Assembly: GCA_964585095.1 (NCBI GenBank)
Contig: CAZPCN010000004.1
Coordinates: 9,415-73,414 of the forward strand
From: an uncultured Syntrophaceae bacterium
GTDB taxonomy: Bacteria > Desulfobacterota > Syntrophia > Syntrophales > UBA2192
Length of the DNA: 64,000 nucleotides
Direction: 5' to 3'
The position numbers were made by a program, and so were the translations under genes. Below the pieces are notes generated by a model, which had not been told where the DNA came from, made no database searches, and saw nothing but the letters and a program-made list of their open reading frames with translations. Shown piece after piece: positions 20,002-27,683 of this stretch (the stretch's first letter is position 1; each line of letters starts with the position of its first letter).

Positions 20002-20133
20002 GAATCGGGCTCTTTCCTGAAAACCGTTGGTGTTCCCTGACCCGGATGACCTCTTCGCGGACTGCCCGGTCGACGGGCCCGCTTAAAATAGCAATTCGAG
20101 CCGGCCCTGTAAATCGACATTTTGCAGGGCCAT

Positions 20134-20164
20134 GAAAAATGCCCGGAGCTTCCGCCCCGGGCAT
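20134..20164 (-). terminator. Intrinsic terminator candidate for the ModE-like gene
   Basis: On the minus strand: ATGCCCGG-loop-CCGGGCAT followed by TTTTT. Confidence 0.5.
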
Positions 20165-20207
20165 TGTCACTTTTGTCACTGTTGTCACTCTTGCCACTGT
20201 TCACTTC
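20163..20207. repeat. Period-9 tandem repeat (nTTGTCACT x4-5)
   Basis: ATTGTCACT TTTGTCACT GTTGTCACT CTTGCCACT GTTCACTTC, directly abutting the stop codon of the ModE-like gene. Confidence 0.7.
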
Positions 20208-20525
20208 TTACGGCAGTTTCGCCTGGTACTCCTTCAGCAGCCCGTCGATCCGGATTTCCAGCTCCACGAAGGCATCCTTCAATTTCTTTGCCTCATCGGT
20301 CAAACGCATGCCCTGGCGGTTGTCGGTCAGCTCCACGAGGGGAATCCCCAACCTGTCCTCGGAGGCCCTCAGACGCCCCCACGCGGCGCGGTAAGACATC
20401 TTGAGTTTCTTCGCCGCGGCGCTGAGGCTCTGGCATTCCTCGATCGCCTCGAGCAATTCGAATCGGCCCGGCCCGAAAATGACGCGATCGTTCTTTTCGA
20501 GCCACAGCTTGTGCCTGATTTTCAT
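20208..20525 (-). CDS. ModE N-terminal-like winged-helix DNA-binding protein (no Mop/TOBE domains)
   Basis: The 105-aa product has GPGRFELLEAIEECQSLSAAAKKLKMSYRAAWGRL, the ModE/LysR-type HTH pattern. It is divergent from the first AOR operon. Confidence 0.75.
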   Translation of the reverse strand: MKIRHKLWLEKNDRVIFGPGRFELLEAIEECQSLSAAAKKLKMSYRAAWGRLRASEDRLGIPLVELTDNRQGMRLTDEAKKLKDAFVELEIRIDGLLKEYQAKLP

Positions 20526-20609
20526 GTCTGCTCCTCTTCGGCCCCCGGCGGAGGATCGGCGGTCCGGGCGCCACGGAATCGCGTGCTATTCTGCACGACA
20601 AGGCCGCTT

Positions 20610-20642
20610 ATGTCAAACATGGCATAACTAGTTGATATAATT
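20610..20642. promoter_or_regulatory. Operator-like conserved palindromic block, copy 1
   Basis: ATGTCAAACATGGCATAACTAGTTGATATAATT is near-identical to 23857-23889. It contains ATGTCA-N4-TGrCAT and an AACTAGTT palindrome. It ends 21 nt before the -35 box, the same spacing as in copy 2. Confidence 0.55.
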
Positions 20643-20663
20643 GCGCTTTTGAGAAGATAAAAT

Positions 20664-20693
20664 TTGACTTCCCTCCCGCGATACGCATATAGT
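20664..20693 (+). promoter_or_regulatory. Sigma-70-like promoter, AOR operon 1
   Basis: TTGACT-N18-TATAGT. The homologous position upstream of operon 2 has TTGACT-N17-TATATT. Confidence 0.55.
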
Positions 20694-21104
20694 GCCTCTC
20701 GAACGAAGACCGTCACGCGCGGCACTTTCGTATTCCCGGGCCGATTTTCATTCAGGGTTCACCGCCCTGAGCGTATTCACGGGGTCAGCACAATCTGGGG
20801 GTCATCGGTGCGGGAAGCGTTGCCCGATGGGTTCGCATGGGTCGGCAATGCCGCGCAGGACAATCGAGAACAGACGGTCGTCACGGATCCCGGATGATTG
20901 CCACACCGCCCCCTTCTCATCTTTCCGCCCTGCACGGCGATTTCCGCCCGTGGCCTTTTCCCGTTCCCGGTGCTTCACCGGGAAAACAGAAGCCCTCGTC
21001 GCAAACCGATTCACCGAAGAAAAGAAAACGCCGGAAAGGGGGGATCAGAGCGTACCCGCTTGACGTAAAGCCGTTAACACGAGGCAATCCAATGGAGGTC
21101 AGAC

Positions 21105-21851
21105 ATGGAAGAAAAGAAACTGCCTGATGTTCTCAAGAAGGAGACGAGCCGTCGCGACTTCTTGAGAGGGACCGCCACGGCGGCGGGAAGCGCGATTGCG
21201 ATTTCCGCCATCGGCGGCATCGCCCCCAAAAAGGCCGAGGCCCAGTACTCGGTCCAGACCGCACCGGGCACCAAGCCCTACGCGCAGAAGTTCCTCTATA
21301 CCGCGCGCCACAACTGCACGGGCTGCCGCAGCTGCGAGCTGGCCTGTTCGCTGTTCCACACCGGCAATGTCCGCCCCGACATGGCCCGCATCTGGATCGA
21401 AAAGTACAAGGACATCGTCGACGTGCCGGTCATCTGCTGGCAGTGCGACGACGCCCCCTGCATCGCCGCGTGCCCCACGACGCCGAAGGCGATCACGCGC
21501 GACGCCAAGAGCAACGGCATCATCCTCAACGAGAAGATCTGCCTGGGCGCCAAGTGCATGAAGTGCGCCGAAGCCTGTCCGGCCAAGTACGTCCGCGGCA
21601 ACCCCGACACGGGCCAGCCCCTGATCTGCGATCTCTGCGGCGGCGACCCCCAGTGCGTCAAGGCCTGCCATGCCCAATCCGGCAACCCCCAGGGGCCCAG
21701 CCTCATGAGCCGCCCCGTCGGCATCGGCATGAACATGTCCTTCCGTAACGTCACGCCGGAAGAGGCGGGCAAGGATCTCGCGCACCTCCTGTTCTACCCC
21801 AACGTCGAGGGCAAGAGGGTTGTGCCCGCGAAGACCAGGAAAGGGAGGTGA
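21105..21851 (+). CDS. Tat-signal 4x[4Fe-4S]-type polyferredoxin (DmsB/HybA/YdhX-like), partner of AOR-1
   Basis: Twin-arginine motif SRRDFLRG with an AEA-Q cleavage-like site. Four Cys clusters are present (CTGCRSCELAC, CWQCDDAPCIAACP, CLGAKCMKCAEACP, CDLCGGDPQCVKAC). Confidence 0.85.
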   Translation: MEEKKLPDVLKKETSRRDFLRGTATAAGSAIAISAIGGIAPKKAEAQYSVQTAPGTKPYAQKFLYTARHNCTGCRSCELACSLFHTGNVRPDMARIWIEKYKDIVDVPVICWQCDDAPCIAACPTTPKAITRDAKSNGIILNEKICLGAKCMKCAEACPAKYVRGNPDTGQPLICDLCGGDPQCVKACHAQSGNPQGPSLMSRPVGIGMNMSFRNVTPEEAGKDLAHLLFYPNVEGKRVVPAKTRKGR

Positions 21852-21856
21852 TCACC

Positions 21857-23683
21857 ATGGCAACACCCAAAGGCGGAAATTTCGGAAAGGTACTGGAGAT
21901 CGACCTCAGCACGCAGACAGCCAAGACGAGGTCAATCCCCGATGAGGTCTACCAGCAGTTTGTCGGCGCCCGCGGCCTCGGGGCCTACTTCGCCGTGAAA
22001 GAGTACAAGGCCGGCAAGAACCCGCTGGACGAGGATGCCTTCGTGTTCGTGGGTCCCGGCCCCCTGGCCGGGACCATGTGCGTCTCCCCGCGAACCTGCA
22101 TCGTCAACAAGAACCCCTACACGGGGCTTCTGAACCACGGCGAGTGCGGCGCCCACCTGGCGAGCGAGATCAAGTGGGCCGGCTGGGACGGCATCTACAT
22201 AAAAGGACGGGCGAAGAAGCCCATATGGTTCTCCGTCGTCAACGACAAGGTCGAGTTCAAGGACGCCTCGAAGATGTGGGGCAAGACCACGGACGACACC
22301 CACGAGATGATGATCAAGGACATGAAGGACTCCCGCATCCGCTCGATCGTCATCGGCCCCGCGGGCGAGAACGGTGTCCCCTATTCCTGCCTGATCGTCG
22401 AGCGGTTCCGCGCCGCGGCGCGCAGCAATGCGGGAATCGTCTTCGGCGACAAGAAACTGAAGGGCTTCGCCGTGCGCGGCACGAAGTATGCCGTGCCCGT
22501 CGTCGACAACGCCAAGTTCCTGGCGGCTGCGAACGTCGCCAAGGAGACCAACATCAGCGACCCTGGAGCGGGACGGCGGAAGGTGTGGGGAACGGCCAGT
22601 TCGATGGAGACCAACAACTTCGTCCTCGGCTCGCTCATCGTGAAGAACTTCCAGACCACCTGGTGGCCCGACGTCGTCAAGCTGGGCGCCGAGGAGGCCG
22701 AGAGAAAGTTCTGGAAGCGCCACGTCTCCTGCACCAACTGCCAGACGCACTGCCTGAAACTGGGCGTGCTGCGCGAAGGCAAGTACAAGGGTCTCATCGC
22801 CGAGGCCCCCGAGTACGAGTCCGGCGGGCTCCTGGGGACGAACCTGGGCATGAAGGACTTCGACCAGATGGCCGCCCTCATCGAGGCCTGCGACGCCTAC
22901 GGGCTGGATTACATCTCCACGGGCGGCGTGCTGGGCTTCACGACGGAAGCCGTCGAGAAGGGAGCCCTGAAACCCTCTGACCTCGACGGCCTGAAGCCCA
23001 CCTGGGGCGACGGCGACACCTACATGAAGCTGATCGACAAGATCGCCTACAAGCAGGGCAAAGCCGGCAAGCTCCTCTCCCAGGGTGTCGCCCGCATGTC
23101 CAAGCGGATCGGCAAGGGCACCGACGCCTACGCCAACGTGGTGAAGGGCCGCGAGATGGCTGCCCACGACCCGCGGGGCGACAAGAACCGGTTCTACACC
23201 TATTGCATCGGCACCAACGGGGCGGACCACGCCGAGGGCGCAAGCAGCAGCGATCTGTGTCGGGTGGCCATGAACGACTCGCTGTGCCTGTGCACCTTCA
23301 CCTCCTCCGGAGTCTGGGGCGCCTCGACGGACAAGATCGTCGTGGACATGCTCAACCCGCTGTGCGGCTGGAACTGGAAGACCGATGACTACTGGATGGC
23401 CGGAAAGCGCATCCTGACGGCCGAGCGCGTCTTCAACGTCCGCGAGGGAATCAGCTCCAAGGACGACCGGCTGCCCAAGCGTTTTTACGCGGAAAAGCTG
23501 CCCGCCGGGCCGAAGAAGGGCGTCGTCTTCACCGAGGAGGACCATACGAAGCGCCAGACCGACGCCTATAAGTTCCTCGGATGGGACGAGAAAGGCGTAC
23601 CGACGGAGGCCTCTCTCAAGGCCTACGGTCTCGACTTCCTGATTGAGGACCTCAACGCGGCAAGAAAGAAATACAACCTGTAA
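21857..23683 (+). CDS. Aldehyde:ferredoxin oxidoreductase family (tungsto/molybdopterin) enzyme, copy 1
   Basis: AFOR N-domain pattern (KVLEIDLS...GARGLGAYF...GPGPLAGT...IGPAGENGVPYSC...KGFAVRG). A CTNCQTHC FeS motif. GLDYISTG and DSLCLCTF pterin-binding-type motifs. ATG follows GGGAGG; the ORF-track GTG at 21848 is an alternative start. No signal peptide. Confidence 0.9.
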   Translation: MATPKGGNFGKVLEIDLSTQTAKTRSIPDEVYQQFVGARGLGAYFAVKEYKAGKNPLDEDAFVFVGPGPLAGTMCVSPRTCIVNKNPYTGLLNHGECGAHLASEIKWAGWDGIYIKGRAKKPIWFSVVNDKVEFKDASKMWGKTTDDTHEMMIKDMKDSRIRSIVIGPAGENGVPYSCLIVERFRAAARSNAGIVFGDKKLKGFAVRGTKYAVPVVDNAKFLAAANVAKETNISDPGAGRRKVWGTASSMETNNFVLGSLIVKNFQTTWWPDVVKLGAEEAERKFWKRHVSCTNCQTHCLKLGVLREGKYKGLIAEAPEYESGGLLGTNLGMKDFDQMAALIEACDAYGLDYISTGGVLGFTTEAVEKGALKPSDLDGLKPTWGDGDTYMKLIDKIAYKQGKAGKLLSQGVARMSKRIGKGTDAYANVVKGREMAAHDPRGDKNRFYTYCIGTNGADHAEGASSSDLCRVAMNDSLCLCTFTSSGVWGASTDKIVVDMLNPLCGWNWKTDDYWMAGKRILTAERVFNVREGISSKDDRLPKRFYAEKLPAGPKKGVVFTEEDHTKRQTDAYKFLGWDEKGVPTEASLKAYGLDFLIEDLNAARKKYNL

Positions 23684-23694
23684 GATGCCATTCA

Positions 23695-23740
23695 AACAAG
23701 GGCGGGTGAGCGAATCACCCGCCCTTGTTCTATCTTTCCT
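23695..23740 (+). terminator. Stem-loop after AOR-1 (15-bp stem), weak T-tail
   Basis: AACAAGGGCGGGTGA-gcgaa-TCACCCGCCCTTGTT is homologous to the hairpin after AOR-2. Confidence 0.5.
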
Positions 23741-23856
23741 TCCTTCCAGCCCTTTTCTGCCTGAAGATTGCCCGGATATCGCTCTTTCAGGAATAATCCC
23801 TGCACTGCGGAACGGGTCGGTTGAAACGCCAGCATGCCTGCACGGCAGAGGCACCT

Positions 23857-23889
23857 ATGTCATACTTGACATAACTAGTTGATATGATT
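23857..23889. promoter_or_regulatory. Operator-like conserved palindromic block, copy 2
   Basis: ATGTCATACTTGACATAACTAGTTGATATGATT. ATGTCA-N4-TGACAT is a perfect inverted repeat here. Confidence 0.55.
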
Positions 23890-23910
23890 ATGCAAATCTT
23901 GAAAAAAAGT

Positions 23911-23939
23911 TTGACTAACGCCGTGCATGCGTCTATATT
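23911..23939 (+). promoter_or_regulatory. Sigma-70-like promoter, AOR operon 2
   Basis: TTGACT-N17-TATATT, 21 nt downstream of the operator-like block. Confidence 0.55.
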
Positions 23940-24308
23940 GCTTCGCGGGCGGAGAGCGTTCATCGTTAATCCGTTCGCGAGCAAGGGTTCCTTCTCTTTC
24001 CAGCACTCCGAAGGAAATTCTTGCGAGGGGGAGGCAGCAGTCAGGGGAGTCGTTGTTCGAAAAGCCGGCTTGGCCAGCGGCTTGCAGCGGGGGGGTTTTC
24101 TCCGCTGCGCGGTACAAGACCGGTAGTATGCGACGGATCCCGGATGATTGCGGCAACAACCCAACTTCATGGCTCTCATCTTCGCCGAGTAAGCAATCCG
24201 GTATTCCCGCACGAACGCAATCGACATTCCACGGCACACTACGCAAGACACGCGCATGACCTGCGTTCGGAGCGAGGTCTCGCGTGCTTTTCGAAAGGAG
24301 TTTGAGTC

Positions 24309-24800
24309 ATGAAGAAGGGATTGCTTGTATTCACCATCGTACTCGCCGTAACGCTCGCCCTGTCGGGCATGCTCTTCGCCCAGGGAAAGAAGGGCCCCGC
24401 CGCCAGCGGCAAGGCTCTGTGGGATTACATCCAGAAGGAGAAGTACCAGAGCTGGAAGATGTGGCCCGGCACCGAGGCCCAGTACAAGGGCCCCGAGCCC
24501 CACGGCGCCTTCCTGACGACCTACGTCAACCAGGCCGCCTTCGACTCCATCAAGGCCAAGAAGGGCAAGTTTGCCGACGGGGCCATGATCGTCCAGGACA
24601 ACTTCGACAAGAACAAAAAGCTCAAGCACATCGACGTCATGTACAAGGTGAAGGGCTATAACCCCAAGGGCGGCGACTGGTTCTGGGCGCAGTACAAGCC
24701 GAGCGGCAAGGTGGACCAGGAGGGAAAGATCGACGAGTGCATCAAGTGCCACGAGGCCCAGAAGGGGAACGACTACGTCTACACGAGCAAGATGAAGTAA
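24309..24800 (+). CDS. Cytochrome P460-family-like periplasmic c-type heme protein
   Basis: Sec-type signal peptide (MKKGLLVFTIVLAVTLALSGMLFAQG). GGDWFWAQY block. A single C-terminal CIKCH heme c motif. RBS GAAAGGAG. Confidence 0.65.
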   Translation: MKKGLLVFTIVLAVTLALSGMLFAQGKKGPAASGKALWDYIQKEKYQSWKMWPGTEAQYKGPEPHGAFLTTYVNQAAFDSIKAKKGKFADGAMIVQDNFDKNKKLKHIDVMYKVKGYNPKGGDWFWAQYKPSGKVDQEGKIDECIKCHEAQKGNDYVYTSKMK

Positions 24801-24950
24801 GCGCTCCCGCCGGGATCGCCGCGCGACTCGGCAGGAGGAACCGATCGAACAGAAAAGCCGAAATCAGAGACATCTCGAAAGGAGGTATCCCGGTTTCATT
24901 TCGTTGATGTGTCAAGCCGTTAACACGAGGCAATCCAATGGAGGTCAGAC

Positions 24951-25703
24951 ATGGAAGAAAAGAAACTGCCTGATGTTCTCAAGAAGGAGACGAGCCGTCG
25001 CGACTTCTTGAGAGGGACCGCCACGGCGGCGGGAAGCGCACTCGCGATTTCCGCCATCGGCGGCATCGCCCCGAAGAAGGCCGAGGCCCAGTACTCGGTC
25101 CAAGGCGTGCCGGGCACCCCGCCCTACGCGCAGAAGTACCGTTTCGCCGAGCGCCACAACTGCACGGGCTGCCGGAGCTGCGAGTTTGCCTGCTCGCTGT
25201 TCCACACCGGCAACGTCCGCCCTGCCCTGTCGCGCATCTACATTGCCAAGTACAAGGACATGGTCGACGTGCCGGTCATGTGCTGGCACTGCGACGACGC
25301 GCCCTGCATCGCCGCATGCCCCACGACGCCGAAGGCGATCCAGAAGGATGCCAAGACCAACGGCATCGTCCTCAACGAGAAGATCTGCCTGGGCGCCAAG
25401 TGCATGAAGTGCCAGGAGGCCTGCCCGGCCAAGTACATCCGCGGCAACCCCGACACGGGCCAGCCCCTGATCTGCGATCTCTGCGGCGGCGACCCCCAGT
25501 GCGTCAAGGCATGCCAGGAGCAGTCCGGCAACCCCCAGGGCCCCTGCCTCATGGGACGGCCTGTCGGCATCGGCGTGAACATGGCCTACCGCTCCGTCAC
25601 GCCGGAAGAAGCAGGTAAGGATCTCGCGAACCTCCTGTTCTATCCCAACGTCGAGGGCAAGAGGGTCGTGCCCGCGAAGTCCAAGACCAAGAAGGGGAGG
25701 TGA
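24951..25703 (+). CDS. Tat-signal polyferredoxin, partner of AOR-2 (paralog of 21105-21851)
   Basis: Same architecture as copy 1 and roughly 85 percent identical to it by my manual alignment. The first 89 coding nt, plus 37 nt upstream, are identical to copy 1. Confidence 0.85.
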   Translation: MEEKKLPDVLKKETSRRDFLRGTATAAGSALAISAIGGIAPKKAEAQYSVQGVPGTPPYAQKYRFAERHNCTGCRSCEFACSLFHTGNVRPALSRIYIAKYKDMVDVPVMCWHCDDAPCIAACPTTPKAIQKDAKTNGIVLNEKICLGAKCMKCQEACPAKYIRGNPDTGQPLICDLCGGDPQCVKACQEQSGNPQGPCLMGRPVGIGVNMAYRSVTPEEAGKDLANLLFYPNVEGKRVVPAKSKTKKGR

Positions 25704-25708
25704 GAACC

Positions 25709-27535
25709 ATGGCAACACCCAAAGGCGGAAATTTCGGAAAGGTACTGGAGATCGACCTGAGCAAGCAGACCTACAAGACGCGTACGGTCTCCGATGAGAT
25801 CCTCCAGCAGTATATCGGCGGGCGCGGCCTCGGGGCCTACTACGCCGTGACGGAATACAAGGCGGGCAAGAACGCCCTCGACGAGGACGCCTTCGTATTC
25901 GTGGGGCCCGGGCCCCTGTCGGGCACCATGGCCGTCTCCCACCGGACCTGCTTCGCCCACAAGAGCCCCTACACGGGCCTCATGACCCACGCCGAGACGG
26001 GCGCCCACCTGGCCAGCGAGATCAAGTTCGCCGGCTGGGACGGCCTCTACATCAAGGGCCGGGCCAAGAAACCCACGTGGTTCACCGTCGTGAACGACAA
26101 GGTCGAGTTCAAGGACGCCTCCAAGATGTGGGGCAAGACCACCGACCAGACCCACGAGATGATGATCAAGGAAATGAAGGACCCCGAAATCCGTACGGCC
26201 GTCATCGGCCCCGCCGGGGAGAACGGCGTCCCCTACTCCTGCATCATCGTCGAGCGCTTCCGCGCCGCCGCCCGCAGCGGCACCGGCATGGTCTTCGGCG
26301 ACAAGAAGCTCAAGGGCTTCGCCGTGCGCGGCACGAAGTACGCCGTGCCCGTCGCGGACAACGCCAAGTTCCTGGCTGCCGCCAAGGTCAACAAGGACAA
26401 CAACGTGCGGCGCGAGGCCTGGGAGGGCATCAAGCGCTGGGGTACGGGCGGCCTGATGGAGCTCAAGCACTACCTCCACGGCTCGCTCATCGTAAAGAAC
26501 TACCAGACCACCTGGTTCCCCGACGTCATCAAGATCGGCGGCGAGGAGGCGGCCCGGACGTTCTGGAAGCGGCACGCGTCCTGCACCAACTGCCCGACGC
26601 ACTGCCTGAAGCTGGGCGTCATCCGCAGCGGCAAGTACGCGGGGATGGTCGCCGAGGGCCCCGAGTACGAGTCCGGCGGCCTGCTGGGATCGAACCTGGG
26701 CATGACGAAGTTCGACGAGATGATCGCCCTCATCGAGGCCTGCGACGCCTACGGCCTCGACAACATCTCCACGGGCGGCGTGCTCGCCTTCACGACGGAA
26801 GCCGTCGAGAAGGGCGCCCTGAAGCCCACGGACCTCGACGGCCTGAAGCCCAAGTGGAACGACGGCGACACCTACATGGAGATGATCCGCAAGATCGCCT
26901 ACCAGGAAGGCAAGGCCGGCAAGCTCATGGCCAAGGGCGTCAGGAAGATGTCCAAGGAAATCGGCAAGGGCTCCGAAGCCTACGCCAACCACACCAAGGG
27001 CAAGGAACTGGCGGCCCACGACCCGCGGGGCGACAAGATTCGCGCCTACAGCTACACGATGGGCACCTGCGGCGGCGACCACCACGAAGGCCAGGGGCCC
27101 CAGGCCCTCGGCATGACGGCGATGGCCGACTCGCTGTGCATCTGCTCCTTCACCAACTTCCTCGTCTACGGCGCAGGCACGGACAAGATCATCACCGACA
27201 TGCTCAACCCGCTGTGCGGCTGGAACTGGAAGCCGGAGGACTACTGGACCACGGCGAAGCGCATCTTCACGCTGGAGCGCGTCTTCAACGTCCGCGAGGG
27301 CATCAGCTCCAAGGACGACCGGCTGCCCATCCGCATGTACAAGGAGAAGCTGCCTGCAGGACCTCGGAAGGACGTCATCTTCACCGATGCCGATCAGAAG
27401 GACATGGAGACCAAGACCTACGGGTTCTTCGGCTGGGACGCCAAGGGCATCCCGACGGAAGCCACCCTCAAGGCCTACGGCCTCGATTACCTGATCGCCG
27501 ACGTCAACGCGGCGAAGAAGAAGTACAACCTCTAA
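25709..27535 (+). CDS. Aldehyde:ferredoxin oxidoreductase family enzyme, copy 2
   Basis: Collinear paralog of 21857-23683 with the same motifs (CTNCPTHC, GLDNISTG, DSLCICSF). ATG follows GGGGAGG. Confidence 0.9.
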   Translation: MATPKGGNFGKVLEIDLSKQTYKTRTVSDEILQQYIGGRGLGAYYAVTEYKAGKNALDEDAFVFVGPGPLSGTMAVSHRTCFAHKSPYTGLMTHAETGAHLASEIKFAGWDGLYIKGRAKKPTWFTVVNDKVEFKDASKMWGKTTDQTHEMMIKEMKDPEIRTAVIGPAGENGVPYSCIIVERFRAAARSGTGMVFGDKKLKGFAVRGTKYAVPVADNAKFLAAAKVNKDNNVRREAWEGIKRWGTGGLMELKHYLHGSLIVKNYQTTWFPDVIKIGGEEAARTFWKRHASCTNCPTHCLKLGVIRSGKYAGMVAEGPEYESGGLLGSNLGMTKFDEMIALIEACDAYGLDNISTGGVLAFTTEAVEKGALKPTDLDGLKPKWNDGDTYMEMIRKIAYQEGKAGKLMAKGVRKMSKEIGKGSEAYANHTKGKELAAHDPRGDKIRAYSYTMGTCGGDHHEGQGPQALGMTAMADSLCICSFTNFLVYGAGTDKIITDMLNPLCGWNWKPEDYWTTAKRIFTLERVFNVREGISSKDDRLPIRMYKEKLPAGPRKDVIFTDADQKDMETKTYGFFGWDAKGIPTEATLKAYGLDYLIADVNAAKKKYNL

Positions 27536-27551
27536 CCGTCTGATTTTCACG

Positions 27552-27600
27552 GCAAGGGCGGGTGACTTGCTCACCCGCCCTTGCTTTTCCTTTTTGCTTT
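27552..27600 (+). terminator. Intrinsic terminator after AOR-2
   Basis: GCAAGGGCGGGTGA-cttgc-TCACCCGCCCTTGC followed by TTTTCCTTTTTGCTTT. Confidence 0.7.
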
Positions 27601-27609
27601 CGTTATAGT
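27581..27609 (+). promoter_or_regulatory. Sigma-70-like promoter candidate for the Hdr/Qmo-like cluster
   Basis: TTGCTT-N17-TATAGT overlaps the terminator tail, 75 nt upstream of the NapG-like ATG. Confidence 0.35.
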
Positions 27610-27683
27610 GACCAAGGTTTGTTACCGCGGAGGAGAGGGGTCGGTGACAAGGAACCTGGAACGATCAGGGGACAAGTACACCC

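Noticed and set aside
16819-20040. 1073-aa plus-strand ORF antisense to resB and ftsH. Similar antisense giants lie at 3807-5636, 21932-23854, 25640-27574, 29856-31832, 33008-35674 and 47062-48774.
   Set aside because: All lie opposite clearly recognisable genes. They have low-complexity Arg/Gly/Pro/Asp-rich translations and no motifs. They are GC-driven shadow ORFs.
20613-20633. TGGCAT...GTTGA inside operator copy 1 as a sigma-54 promoter
   Set aside because: The -12 element lacks the GC dinucleotide. The homologous copy 2 reads TGACAT (no GG). The conserved feature is the palindrome, not a -24/-12 promoter.
20694-21104. Moco/Tuco riboswitch call in the AOR leaders
   Set aside because: The context fits. 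By eye, however, I could not locate the conserved core of the motif at a plausible spacing of about 140 nt. Only loose resemblances are present (CUCCGAAGG, GGAAAGG). It is kept as a hypothesis to test with a covariance model and is not annotated as a feature.
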